From: a virus
Lineage: Duplodnaviria > Caudoviricetes
Length of the DNA: 30,529 nt
Reading direction: 5' to 3' (one strand)
Virus record (IMG/VR): IMGVR_UViG_3300048886_000738
Span: 1 to 30,529 of that record
Every line of letters starts with the position of its first letter. Positions within the stretch are counted from its first letter, which is position 1. Under the pieces are notes generated by a model. It ran no database searches, had not been told where the DNA came from, and saw only the letters and a program-made list of their open reading frames with translations. Shown piece by piece: positions 1 to 8,646 of the stretch. The position numbers were made by a program, and so were the translations under genes.

Positions 1-1607
1 ATACTCAAGTCACCCGCAGCCAAGAGGCGCTTGGCTTTGGCTCCCGAAACCTTCTCTCTTACTACTCGCTCTTGACGTTGGAAATAGCGTTCAAGGGCAC
101 GGCTAAAAATTGCTTCCCATCGGTCCACATCTTGAGCAGCCTTGGTTTCCCACTCATCGGCAAAATCGAAATGCTTAACTTCCATTTCGTCAGAATCGTC
201 TTTAGGGAGAGGAAATTCTCCCGGCTGTAATTCTGGTTGTTCGACTTCATTGGGTTCCGGAATCGGAGGAGCGCCCCCCTCAGCGACCGGTTCCTCAGGA
301 GGAGGAGCGCCCGGTTCCATGCCACCCATCTGAGCAGCGCCTCCGGCACCTGCCGGGAAGGTCTCTTCCTTGGGCATCGGTTCTTCAGTGTTGCCGATCG
401 GAGCCAAGTTTGGACTGGCCAACATCGAATCGGCTAAATAGGCATCAACTTTTAATTTGCCCGTCATCTCACGATACTCATTCGGAGTAATCAAACCGGT
501 CTGAACCTCTTGCAGAAAATGACGTTCCTTTTCTTGTTTCGCCAATTCTAAAATTGGAACAGATGAAGTATCAAAAGTCACAAAATAGTTATCATCCAAT
601 ATGTCCAATCCTCTTGACAACAACTCCAAATGGGGATTCATGGTTTCCGACCAGAAAACCCTGCCCTCTTCTGCCGCATTTGAAAATGTTCGACCAGCAG
701 CATTTCCGATTACTGATTCCGGAACTCCGAACGATGCAAGGATTTCTTCTTTGGTGAGTTGTCGTAAGGAGTCATACGCCGCTTCTCGCGGACTTGCTGC
801 CGTGTCAACGAAATCTGCTCCATCATCGGATGAGATAACACCGATTCCACCAGCCCTAGAAAGATTTCCCCTAAACCGCGCTTGGAGTTCTTGTTTGTCG
901 TCATCGTCAATCTGTCCCCTCAAAACCAATAGACCGCCCGGACGGCCATCATTAAGCAAAAAGTTCCTGTTATACAATTTTGCTAACGTCTCAGTTTCTA
1001 TCGCTACACCCGCCGACTCCATCGGAGTCATCGATAGATAAGGATCCAGCGGGTGAGGACGCCTGATCCAAATCACATTATTTGGATTAAGTTTTTGTTT
1101 CTTCCCATTGGGAAGTTCAACTTCAAATGCTGCTACAAACTTCTTCTGATCCGGAATGGGGGCGGTGCTTTGTGGCGGCAACAGATGCAATGCGACTGGT
1201 GCCCCTCCCCGACCACGAACAATTTCAATAAACACACCTCGCGTACTCATCAACAACTGAGAAGAAACCCTGTATCGAAAAGCAAAAGCGCTTTCCCCAT
1301 CATTAGAGTTTTGGTTCAACAGTTTCGCCAGTTCAGTGTTCTCTTCTTCTCGTGGAACCTTCTCCCCGAATGGGGAATTGTCCCTAAGGAACATCATTGG
1401 CAGGCGAGCCTGATTGCTAGAAATAGCATCAATCGCCCTATACACCCAAGTAACCTTGGCTAAACCCTCACGGTATGCTCTCTCAATGTCCCAGCCATCC
1501 GAGTAGGGCTTTCCTGTCAACCCAGCGTTATAGGCGACCGGCGCGCCGATAGAGATAGACTTCTTGCCCTCGTTCTGTAACGATTTATTCGATGAATTCC
1601 ATGCCAT
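1..1607 (-). CDS. Phage portal protein (HK97-like), truncated at window edge; probable C-terminal extension (possibly Mu gpF-like head morphogenesis domain)
   Basis: Absent from the ORF track because it runs off the edge. Manual translation from ATG 1607: MAWNSSNKS...VTWVYRAIDAISSNQARLP...LHLLPP...VIWIRRPHPLDPYLSMTPM...NFLLNDGRPGGLL...KEEILASFGVP...GLITPNEYRE, all typical portal motifs. A Pro/Glu-rich linker follows, then WEAIFSRALERYFQRQERVV. Confidence 0.9.
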   Translation of the reverse strand, partial: MAWNSSNKSLQNEGKKSISIGAPVAYNAGLTGKPYSDGWDIERAYREGLAKVTWVYRAIDAISSNQARLPMMFLRDNSPFGEKVPREEENTELAKLLNQNSNDGESAFAFRYRVSSQLLMSTRGVFIEIVRGRGGAPVALHLLPPQSTAPIPDQKKFVAAFEVELPNGKKQKLNPNNVIWIRRPHPLDPYLSMTPMESAGVAIETETLAKLYNRNFLLNDGRPGGLLVLRGQIDDDDKQELQARFRGNLSRAGGIGVISSDDGADFVDTAASPREAAYDSLRQLTKEEILASFGVPESVIGNAAGRTFSNAAEEGRVFWSETMNPHLELLSRGLDILDDNYFVTFDTSSVPILELAKQEKERHFLQEVQTGLITPNEYREMTGKLKVDAYLADSMLASPNLAPIGNTEEPMPKEETFPAGAGGAAQMGGMEPGAPPPEEPVAEGGAPPIPEPNEVEQPELQPGEFPLPKDDSDEMEVKHFDFADEWETKAAQDVDRWEAIFSRALERYFQRQERVVREKVSGAKAKRLLAAGDLS

Positions 1608-1609
1608 AT

Positions 1610-1792
1610 TTATTCAGCACCTAGAAGATAGCCATAAACGCCAAGACTAAGACCCGTTGAAGCCAATCCTAATCCAATGTTTATTTGTCCGAGACCTACG
1701 CCTAATAGTATTACAGCAGTTAACATGCACACATGAGCAATATTGGATCGGGAGGAAACAGATTTAAAGTCAAACACATTTACTCCCCACAT
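1610..1792 (-). CDS. Small hydrophobic membrane protein upstream of portal
   Basis: 60 aa with two Gly/Leu-rich hydrophobic segments; its stop lies 2 nt before the portal ATG. Confidence 0.65.
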   Translation of the reverse strand: MWGVNVFDFKSVSSRSNIAHVCMLTAVILLGVGLGQINIGLGLASTGLSLGVYGYLLGAE

Positions 1793-1836
1793 GGATTACT
1801 ATTTTGAGCATACGACTACGGAAAGTGTAACCTACA

Positions 1837-3141
1837 ATGACAGATTGGACAGACATCTATGAGTTCCTTCAGCCTAAACCCTCTTTGTTCTGTCCTGAGG
1901 CACCATCTCTGACTCAAAAAACATTTTTACGATCAACAGCACTTGAAGCACTGTTCGGTGGGGCCGCTGGTGGCGGCAAGTCGTCTGCACTTTTAATGGC
2001 CGCTATGCAATATATAGACGTTCCCAATTACTCCGCAATCCTATTCCGGCGCACATACGCCGACCTCGCCCTACCGGGCGCACTCATGGATAGATTTCTT
2101 TCGTGGGTCAAAGAGCATGACGAGATCCGCTGGAACGGACAAACCTATGTGGCAACATTTCCGTCCGGAGCGAGAATCACCTTTGGTTATCTAAACAATC
2201 AAAACGACTATCTTCGATACAAGTCTTCAGAGTTCCAATTCATCGGCATGGATGAGGTCACTGAAATCCGTGAATTTGATTACCGCTACCTCTTTTCTCG
2301 TTTGCGTAAACCGAACACGGGAGAACTTTCCAAAGTGCCCCTCCGAATGCGCGCCGCCTCCAACCCTGCCCCCAACTGGGTTCGACAAAGATTTATTGTA
2401 GAAGGCCCAGAAAACGAGGACCGAATCTTTGTCCCCAGTTTCCTTGACGACAACCCCGGCATTGATCCTGAGTCTTATCGGCGGGCACTTCAAGAAATTG
2501 ATCCCATCGAACGCCAACGATTAGAAAACGGCGACTGGTGGGCGGTGTCCACAGGATCCCTGTTCGATAGAGAATCCTTCATTGTTATAGAACCGACCGA
2601 TTTGCCAGACTTTGTGGATCCTGAGTGGTGTCGCTTTTGGGATCTCGCTGCAACGGAACCCTCCCATGTCAACCCGGACCCCGACTGGACGGTTGGAATC
2701 CTTGGGGCATTCGACGGAGGAGTGTTCTATATCATCGACGTTCAAAGAATCCGGGCCAAGGGCGACAAGGTAGAACGTCTCATTGCAGAGACTGCCGAAT
2801 TGGATGGACCCCACGTTCCAATCAGAATGGAGATGGAACCGGGAAGCAGCGGAAAAAACCTGATCGACCAATACGCCCGTTATGTTCTCCCCGGCTGCGA
2901 CTTCTTGGGGATACGGGCTACCGGAGACAAGACCACACGGGCACGCCCCTTTGCCGCCGCTGTGGCCAACGGAAACGTTCGCCTTGTGCGAGGTCCGTGG
3001 ATCTCCGACTATCTGGATGAAATCGCCACGTTCCCAGAGTCGGCGTGGCACGACGATCAGGTGGATGCCTCTTCCGGATGCTTTAACGAGGTCGCTGGTT
3101 TGGGCCACCGTCAACGGGGACGGGTGTCCATTATCATCTGA
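1837..3141 (+). CDS. terL: Terminase large subunit (Terminase_6/6C type)
   Basis: Walker A GGAAGGGKS, Walker B FIGMDE, coupling motif ASNP, RNase H-like nuclease motifs FWDLA and HDDQVDA. Confidence 0.95.
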   Translation: MTDWTDIYEFLQPKPSLFCPEAPSLTQKTFLRSTALEALFGGAAGGGKSSALLMAAMQYIDVPNYSAILFRRTYADLALPGALMDRFLSWVKEHDEIRWNGQTYVATFPSGARITFGYLNNQNDYLRYKSSEFQFIGMDEVTEIREFDYRYLFSRLRKPNTGELSKVPLRMRAASNPAPNWVRQRFIVEGPENEDRIFVPSFLDDNPGIDPESYRRALQEIDPIERQRLENGDWWAVSTGSLFDRESFIVIEPTDLPDFVDPEWCRFWDLAATEPSHVNPDPDWTVGILGAFDGGVFYIIDVQRIRAKGDKVERLIAETAELDGPHVPIRMEMEPGSSGKNLIDQYARYVLPGCDFLGIRATGDKTTRARPFAAAVANGNVRLVRGPWISDYLDEIATFPESAWHDDQVDASSGCFNEVAGLGHRQRGRVSIII

Positions 3142-3144
3142 TCC

Positions 3145-3174
3145 TTGACAGGAGGATCAAGATGCGTATATGGT
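3145..3174 (+). promoter_or_regulatory. Putative SigA/HrdB-type promoter
   Basis: TTGACA (3145-3150), 18-bp spacer, TATGGT (3169-3174, TANNNT); predicted start ~3180 coincides with the first stem of the structured region. Confidence 0.55.
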
Positions 3175-3179
3175 CAGCC

Positions 3180-3470
3180 TTCCAGCCGAATTGAGGCTTG
3201 GCGTCGGCCAACCACCGTCGTTCGCCCGTTAGAGGGGCTGGAATCTCTATGCCCCGTGGTGGGGCACTGAACTGCACTTCATGGTGGAGTCCGGCAGCGA
3301 CCAGCACCAGAACCAGAACGAAATCGGATGAAGTGCGGATGCCCGCTGACCGATCCTCCCTTGTTCGGGGAGACTAGGTGCCATTTACGACAGTCCGACT
3401 GTGACCGGAGTAAATCTTGGTTCTCCCTTTGGAGGGCCAAGAACTCTAGCCCTCCTGCTCCCAGAGTAAC
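3180..3470 (+). ncRNA. Candidate structured non-coding RNA (unassigned family)
   Basis: Stems: TTCCAGCC/GGCTGGAA (3180-87/3236-43), TTGGC/GCCAA, TGCCCC/GGGGCA, GCACTTCAT/ATGAAGTGC (3274-82/3328-36), CTCCC/GGGAG, ATTTAC/GTAAAT enclosing ACAGT/ACTGT, TCTTGGTTCTCC/GGAGGGCCAAGA, ACTCT/AGAGT. No convincing ORF. Confidence 0.55.
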
Positions 3471-3528
3471 GATTCTTTTGGGTTAGAAAAATATAAGTGT
3501 TTATTACCAATAGTATAAAAAGTCGGAA

Positions 3529-3544
3529 TCGAACATTTGTTCGG
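3529..3544. promoter_or_regulatory. LexA (SOS/Cheo) box
   Basis: TCGAACATTTGTTCGG contains a perfect CGAAC-N4-GTTCG, the Actinomycetota/Bacillota LexA consensus. Confidence 0.7.
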
Positions 3545-3555
3545 GTGCATGAGTG

Positions 3556-3584
3556 TTGCATTCTTGTCGCAAAGGTGGTATTTT
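3556..3584 (+). promoter_or_regulatory. Putative promoter of recombination operon
   Basis: TTGCAT, 17-bp spacer, TATTTT with TGn extended -10. Confidence 0.45.
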
Positions 3585-3618
3585 CGGATCACTATCTACT
3601 ATTGAGAGGGATGCTTGC

Positions 3619-4113
3619 GTGGGCCTTCAAGAAGAATTGTATGAGTCCTTGAATCGGATGGACGCTGCTGTTCTACATGAACGAGATGCTGACGACCCTG
3701 AACGTGAAATGCGATTGATCTTTTTAGGTTTCATTCTTGGTGAAGCCAAAAAGATAATCAGCGATTTACAAAAGGAGACTGCTGACCTTTTGTTGAAATC
3801 AGATTGGGATCGAAGCCCAATGGAAAACCAGCAATTTTCACTAGAAACCAAGACGGGTCAACCACGCAAAAAGTGGAACCACAAAGGACTTGCTGCGCTG
3901 GTTGCCAGCAGAATTAACGACCGCAGTATCGACATGGACACCGGGGAAGTTCTCAAAACCCCACAAGAACAAATTATAGAACTTCTTGAATATGCATCAG
4001 CGTCCTATTGGAGAGTTGGAGCATTGAAAGAACTTGGCATTGATGTAGATGAATATTGTGAAGTTTTAGATCCAATAACCAACTTAGTTTATAGGAGTAA
4101 AGAGAATGGCTGA
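3619..4113 (+). CDS. Hypothetical phage protein
   Basis: In-frame GTG at 3619 after SD-like GAGAGGG (ORF track start 3553); contains DMDTGE motif; overlaps the next gene. Confidence 0.7.
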   Translation: MGLQEELYESLNRMDAAVLHERDADDPEREMRLIFLGFILGEAKKIISDLQKETADLLLKSDWDRSPMENQQFSLETKTGQPRKKWNHKGLAALVASRINDRSIDMDTGEVLKTPQEQIIELLEYASASYWRVGALKELGIDVDEYCEVLDPITNLVYRSKENG

Positions 4114-4750
4114 AAAATCCCAAGCCGATCAACTAGCAGAACCGTTTGACGAGACACTTATTTACCAACGCTCTCTTGGGGGGCGTAACTTTGACTACGT
4201 CGCCGTGGCGGAATACATCGCCCGATTGAACAAGGTGCTTGGTACGGGCGGATGGAACTACGAAGTTCTTAAGTGCCATGTCCAGCCCGAATACAAAGAG
4301 CATGTGATTTCTCATGTTCGGGTTGTTGCTTCTGTTGATGGAGTAACTGCCGTCAAGGAAGCATATGGCGGAACCAAAATCAAGATGCTTAAGGGAGGCG
4401 GGGTGATGGATCTTGGAAACGATTTCAAGATTGCAACCAGCGATGCCTTCAAGAAGGCGTGTCAAGGTCTTGGCATTGCCTTGCATCTGGCACGAAGCGA
4501 AGAAGCCTTGACGTTGGAGTTGGAAGAGTCTTATCCAATAGAGGGAGATCATTGGCAGGTTTTTGCTGAAAACTTCCGATCTTTGGACGACGCCAAGAAA
4601 AACCTATTCCGTACATGGTTCGCTGAGAACGTTCCGGGTGAGAGTAAGCCCAACCGACACATGGATTCCGACCTGTTCGCCAAATGCCAAGTAGAGGTCA
4701 TTCGACTGTCGTTGGATGCCGAATATGTAGAAGAGGAGGAAACCTACTGA
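4106..4750 (+). CDS. Rad52/Rad22 (Sak)-like single-strand annealing protein
   Basis: LAEPF...FDYV...IARLNKVLGTGGWNYEV...FKIATSDAFKKACQGLGIALHL matches the Rad52_Rad22 pattern. Confidence 0.85.
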   Translation: MAEKSQADQLAEPFDETLIYQRSLGGRNFDYVAVAEYIARLNKVLGTGGWNYEVLKCHVQPEYKEHVISHVRVVASVDGVTAVKEAYGGTKIKMLKGGGVMDLGNDFKIATSDAFKKACQGLGIALHLARSEEALTLELEESYPIEGDHWQVFAENFRSLDDAKKNLFRTWFAENVPGESKPNRHMDSDLFAKCQVEVIRLSLDAEYVEEEETY

Positions 4751-4866
4751 TGGGGATTGATCATCAACCTGACACCTTTACGCACAAGCAGATCATGGAC
4801 GAGCGGCAAAAGGAATATGAGAAATACCTGTCAGAAAAGGAGGAGAAACGGAAGCGTGAGCAATGA
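4750..4866 (+). CDS. Small charged hypothetical protein (38 aa)
   Basis: ATG overlaps the upstream TGA and its stop overlaps the downstream ATG, indicating translational coupling. Confidence 0.5.
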   Translation: MGIDHQPDTFTHKQIMDERQKEYEKYLSEKEEKRKREQ

Positions 4867-5621
4867 CACAATTGCCGCTGCCCACCCACTTATCAGCCTC
4901 TAGTATTTCTACTTACGAACAGTGTCCTCTTAGGTTTCGATTTTCTCGTATAGATAAGATTAAAGAACCCACGACGGAGGCCATGATTCTTGGGTCGTTT
5001 GTTCATGAGATATTGGAAGAATTTTACAAACTTGATCCCGAAGACCGAACGGTTCCCGAAGCGAGACGAATTGCTAGGGAATTATGGGAAACAAAGTTTG
5101 TAGAAGAAACTCGCCCGGTTCGGATTAAATCTGTTAACGATTTTCGTTGGCAGGCGTGGTGGTGTATCGAAAATGTTTTCGGCATGGAGAACCCCACCGA
5201 AGTCAAGATTCGTGGAATAGAGGACCAGTTCTCCGCTTCCATTAATGATGTTCCGCTTTTGGGTTACATCGACCGGTGGACCGAAGAAGAAGATGGTTCA
5301 ATTACTGTCACTGACTACAAGAGTGGCAAGGTTTCTAAACCGCAATATGAAGGTGATAAAGTATTTCAAATTATTCTTTATGCAGAGATGCTTGAAAGAC
5401 TAAACAATATTAAAGTTGATAATGCTGAAATAATGTATGTCAAGTTCAAAGAGTTTAAAAGATATGAACCTACTTCGGAGCGTCGAAAGACAGTATTAAA
5501 AATTATTGACCAAACATGGGATGGAGTAAACAAGGGCTGTGAGACGGGTATTTTTAACACCAAGACCAGCGCCCTCTGCAATTGGTGCGCTTACAAAAAC
5601 ATTTGCCCCGCATGGTCATGA
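4863..5621 (+). CDS. PD-(D/E)xK RecB/Cas4-like exonuclease with probable 4Fe-4S cluster
   Basis: LSASSISTYEQCP...GSFVHEILE...GYIDR...TDYKSG...Q...Y...LCNWCAYKNICP (1+3 Cys pattern). Confidence 0.9.
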   Translation: MTQLPLPTHLSASSISTYEQCPLRFRFSRIDKIKEPTTEAMILGSFVHEILEEFYKLDPEDRTVPEARRIARELWETKFVEETRPVRIKSVNDFRWQAWWCIENVFGMENPTEVKIRGIEDQFSASINDVPLLGYIDRWTEEEDGSITVTDYKSGKVSKPQYEGDKVFQIILYAEMLERLNNIKVDNAEIMYVKFKEFKRYEPTSERRKTVLKIIDQTWDGVNKGCETGIFNTKTSALCNWCAYKNICPAWS

Positions 5622-6127
5622 TCAAGGAACGAACAATGGATAATCAAACATTCGACAGGCTCGTTTCAGAAGATGTCAAAAATGTCCTTTCTCCTGAGAA
5701 ATCCGACTTTCTAAGAATCCCCGAGAACCGTGATCGCTGGAAAGCATCTCTTCTTATCTTGATAGAAAATCTTGACGAACAAATAGAAGAGTTGAATCAA
5801 AACGAAACAATAGCCACAGAAAATCTTCCTAGCCACCTAGTTACTGACTACAAAATAGAAACCGATGAAAAGAAAACAAAAATCAATCGGTTCAGATTTT
5901 ATGTCATGCAGCGAATCTCAGAATGTGAGAAATTGCTTGCTCTTGGCGATGAAAACGCAGATGACCTCAGCCTTGCTGAATTTTTGAAAAAGGCAATTGA
6001 GGAACACAAAAACCTGATGTCTAATCATGAATTTGAACCAACCCCTATCGATCAAGCCCTGTGGTCTTCTGTATCTGGTCAATGGGGATTTGTGGACATG
6101 GATAAAAAAATTAAAGATTTCAATTAA
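5618..6127 (+). CDS. Hypothetical coiled-coil protein
   Basis: ATGA overlap with the nuclease stop (alternative start 5636 after AAGGA); helical and acidic. Confidence 0.7.
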   Translation: MIKERTMDNQTFDRLVSEDVKNVLSPEKSDFLRIPENRDRWKASLLILIENLDEQIEELNQNETIATENLPSHLVTDYKIETDEKKTKINRFRFYVMQRISECEKLLALGDENADDLSLAEFLKKAIEEHKNLMSNHEFEPTPIDQALWSSVSGQWGFVDMDKKIKDFN

Positions 6128-7197
6128 TGAAAGTCGGGTTTGCTACAGCCGATTGGTCCAACACTGTTGTTGAAGAAGATGGAGAACCCACCCCCGGTGG
6201 CTCTCATTGGATCCGCATTGGTCAATATTTGCCGCACCTCAATATCGATTATGCTCTAGGCGTATTAGTTTATTCAAACGATTTAGGGATCTTCGGAGTT
6301 ACAGATTCACAAGGCAACCACCACCTTGACTGCGAAATCATTTACATGCAGCGGTGGATGCTTTCAGGCATACCAGACAATATAAAGATTGCACAAAGCA
6401 ATGGACAGTCTGTTGTTAATGATCTAGATGACTGGTACTGGGGGCTTCATGACCGCCATCTCGCCAAGCCGTACATTGATCCTAAAAACAACAAAGACGA
6501 AAATACAGATATCTACCGACAGGTAATTGCGAACTCAAGTCTGGTTGTTGCCTCTACTCCATTTTTGGTTGAAAAAGCACGCAACAAACTTCGCGCTCCC
6601 AATGTTGTTCTGTTTCAAAATCATGTTGACTTCGATGCGTTTCCTCAACGAAAACATGAGGATGGAGTTACTGTCATAGGGTGGCATGGATCGACGGGCC
6701 ACCGCAGCGGAGACTTAGATTGTCTGTCCAAAGTGTTTCCCGCTTTGAAAGAAGAACAGTTCTCTTTTCATCACACCGGACATTCTTCCCAACATCCTTC
6801 ATTCTGGGACGAAGTCAAAGTTCCACAAAATCGGGTCAACATTTACCCAATGGTGTCTCCAACAAAAATCCCCAAGATGCTTCCATTTGATATTGGAGTA
6901 GCACCCCTCACCGACACTCCTTTCAATCATGCCAAATCGTGGATTAAGCCACTTGAATATGCGGCTGCTGGAATTCCGTTTGTTATGTCAAAGTCTCCTG
7001 AATATCTTCGATTCAAAGAAGAGTATGGAGTTGGCCGAATAGCAAAAAAATATATCGATTGGGTTAAACATTTTGAGAAACTGAGTGACCCAGATCAAAG
7101 ACTGGAAGAAGCACAGCGACATCAAAAAGCCCTTAAAGACCTTGACGTAAAGCAAGGCGCGCTAAGATTGGAGAAAATACTAGAAAGCGTGCGATGA
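6127..7197 (+). CDS. GT-B fold glycosyltransferase (GT4-like)
   Basis: DLDDWYW, VIGWHGS..H..D, FDIGVAPL...FNHAKSWIKPLEYAAAGIP. Confidence 0.85.
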   Translation: MKVGFATADWSNTVVEEDGEPTPGGSHWIRIGQYLPHLNIDYALGVLVYSNDLGIFGVTDSQGNHHLDCEIIYMQRWMLSGIPDNIKIAQSNGQSVVNDLDDWYWGLHDRHLAKPYIDPKNNKDENTDIYRQVIANSSLVVASTPFLVEKARNKLRAPNVVLFQNHVDFDAFPQRKHEDGVTVIGWHGSTGHRSGDLDCLSKVFPALKEEQFSFHHTGHSSQHPSFWDEVKVPQNRVNIYPMVSPTKIPKMLPFDIGVAPLTDTPFNHAKSWIKPLEYAAAGIPFVMSKSPEYLRFKEEYGVGRIAKKYIDWVKHFEKLSDPDQRLEEAQRHQKALKDLDVKQGALRLEKILESVR

Positions 7198-7559
7198 GTA
7201 ACATTTACGGCAAGGGTGCCAAGGGGAAGGCAACTAAACTACACGCCCTTATTACGAGATCTAAAGGCCGTTGCGAGAAGTGTGGAGCAGGAGAGCAAGC
7301 CTTTTTACAATGCGCCCATATCATCAGCCGTAAATACTCATGGACTAGGACTGATTTAAATAATGCTTTTTGTTTATGTGCTTCTTGTCACCGTTTTTTT
7401 ACAGATAATCCTGTGGAGTTTGGGATCTTCACTATTGAGAAAATCGGGGACGACCAATTTGATGAACTTATTAAAAAACGAAACTGCACCGATAAGTTCG
7501 ACTGGGAAGAAGAAGCCAAAAGACTAGGCGTCATAGCAAAAGAGGAAGGACTTACATGA
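7194..7559 (+). CDS. NinG/Rap-like HNH endonuclease
   Basis: CEKC...CAHIISR...TRTDLNNAFCLCASCH. Confidence 0.8.
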   Translation: MSNIYGKGAKGKATKLHALITRSKGRCEKCGAGEQAFLQCAHIISRKYSWTRTDLNNAFCLCASCHRFFTDNPVEFGIFTIEKIGDDQFDELIKKRNCTDKFDWEEEAKRLGVIAKEEGLT

Positions 7560-7891
7560 GAACATCGCCAATTTCTCAGGCTGAAGTCGAAGACAACATT
7601 CTTCGGCTCGTTGAAGAACTAGAAGAACACACGGAAGCCTTTGAAGTTCTTGCTGTCGATCAAGCCAAAAAGGAATCAAGGTATAAATCTGCATGGGCTA
7701 AGGAATATTTGGCTGCCAATGGTTCCATCAAAGAACGAGAATCGTGGGCTGACTACAAACTGAGCGACGAACAATACGCAGTCAAAATTGCAGATGCGTT
7801 ATTAAAGGCCAAGAAAGAAAAACTCAACTCTGTCAGAACGGCCCTTGATTCATTAAGAACCCTTGCAGCAAACGTCAGGGCACAAACATGA
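7556..7891 (+). CDS. Conserved helical phage protein (possibly UvsY-like recombination mediator)
   Basis: 111-aa coiled-coil protein in a recombination operon; the UvsY resemblance is tentative. Confidence 0.6.
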   Translation: MRTSPISQAEVEDNILRLVEELEEHTEAFEVLAVDQAKKESRYKSAWAKEYLAANGSIKERESWADYKLSDEQYAVKIADALLKAKKEKLNSVRTALDSLRTLAANVRAQT

Positions 7892-8646
7892 AACATAAAG
7901 TAAGCCCAGATTTAGAAAATCTACTTGTTCCCATAGAACAATTACAGACGCTTCCGGGGAACCCACGAAAGGGAAACACGGACGCCATCGCTGCCTCCTA
8001 CGAAGAGTTTGGGCAAGTTAAACCACTAGTTGCTGTGGATAATGAGGACGGCACCGGAACGGTTATTGCTGGCAACCACCAACTAGAGGCAGCAAAAAAA
8101 CTTGGTTGGACACACATAGCCGTACTGCATGTCCCATTCGACCATGACAAAGCGATTGCTTTTGCCCTTGCTGACAACAGAACCTCCGATTTGGGGGAAG
8201 ACGATCAATCGCTTCTCCATGACATGCTGATGTCGGTAGTTGATGAGATGCCAACCTTCTTTGAAGAATTGGGCTGGGATGACTTTGAAATAGCAACCAT
8301 TGAAAGCCCCACATCTGCCGAAGGTGTCTCTACCGGGGCAAACGACGGATGGTCTCCGCCCACCTTGGTCAACGAACCTCGCTTGCCGGAAACGGCTGAT
8401 GAGGAAACAATGAAGTCGCTAGTGACACAAGGGTCTACTGCTACGAATTCGGCAGGTGCGAAAACGGTTATTCAATACACAATGGTGTTTAACGACGCCG
8501 AACAACAATCTGATTGGTATGCGTTTTTGCGATATCTGAAATCAAATCCCGATTACGCCGATCTGCCAACGACGGCTTCTCAGGTGGCGGCATTTGTCAA
8601 ACGAAATATTACGTTGCCTGATTTGGAATCGAAATCTGACAGTTGA
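7888..8646 (+). CDS. ParB/Srx N-terminal domain protein
   Basis: PGNPRKG...IAASYEEFGQVKPL...VIAGNHQLEAAKKLGW...ALADNRTSD. Confidence 0.85.
   Translation: MKHKVSPDLENLLVPIEQLQTLPGNPRKGNTDAIAASYEEFGQVKPLVAVDNEDGTGTVIAGNHQLEAAKKLGWTHIAVLHVPFDHDKAIAFALADNRTSDLGEDDQSLLHDMLMSVVDEMPTFFEELGWDDFEIATIESPTSAEGVSTGANDGWSPPTLVNEPRLPETADEETMKSLVTQGSTATNSAGAKTVIQYTMVFNDAEQQSDWYAFLRYLKSNPDYADLPTTASQVAAFVKRNITLPDLESKSDS

Noticed and set aside
62-1463. Several ORF-track calls (62-349, 142-333, 237-437, 554-757, 601-1041, 710-910, 1053-1463)
   Set aside because: They are shadow or alternate frames of the minus-strand portal gene, which the track missed
3365-3450. GGGAGACTAG resembling a group I intron R element
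   Set aside because: No matching S/P7 partner, and no interrupted gene: terL has its complete C-terminal motif
3328-3486. Possible 52-aa ORF (MKCGCPLTD...) in the structured region
   Set aside because: No SD, no recognisable motif, and the start is buried in a stem; dense base-pairing favours a non-coding role
4863-5621. Cas4-like nuclease as a sign of CRISPR-Cas
   Set aside because: No repeat-spacer array or other cas genes; standalone Cas4/RecB-like nucleases are common in phage recombination modules
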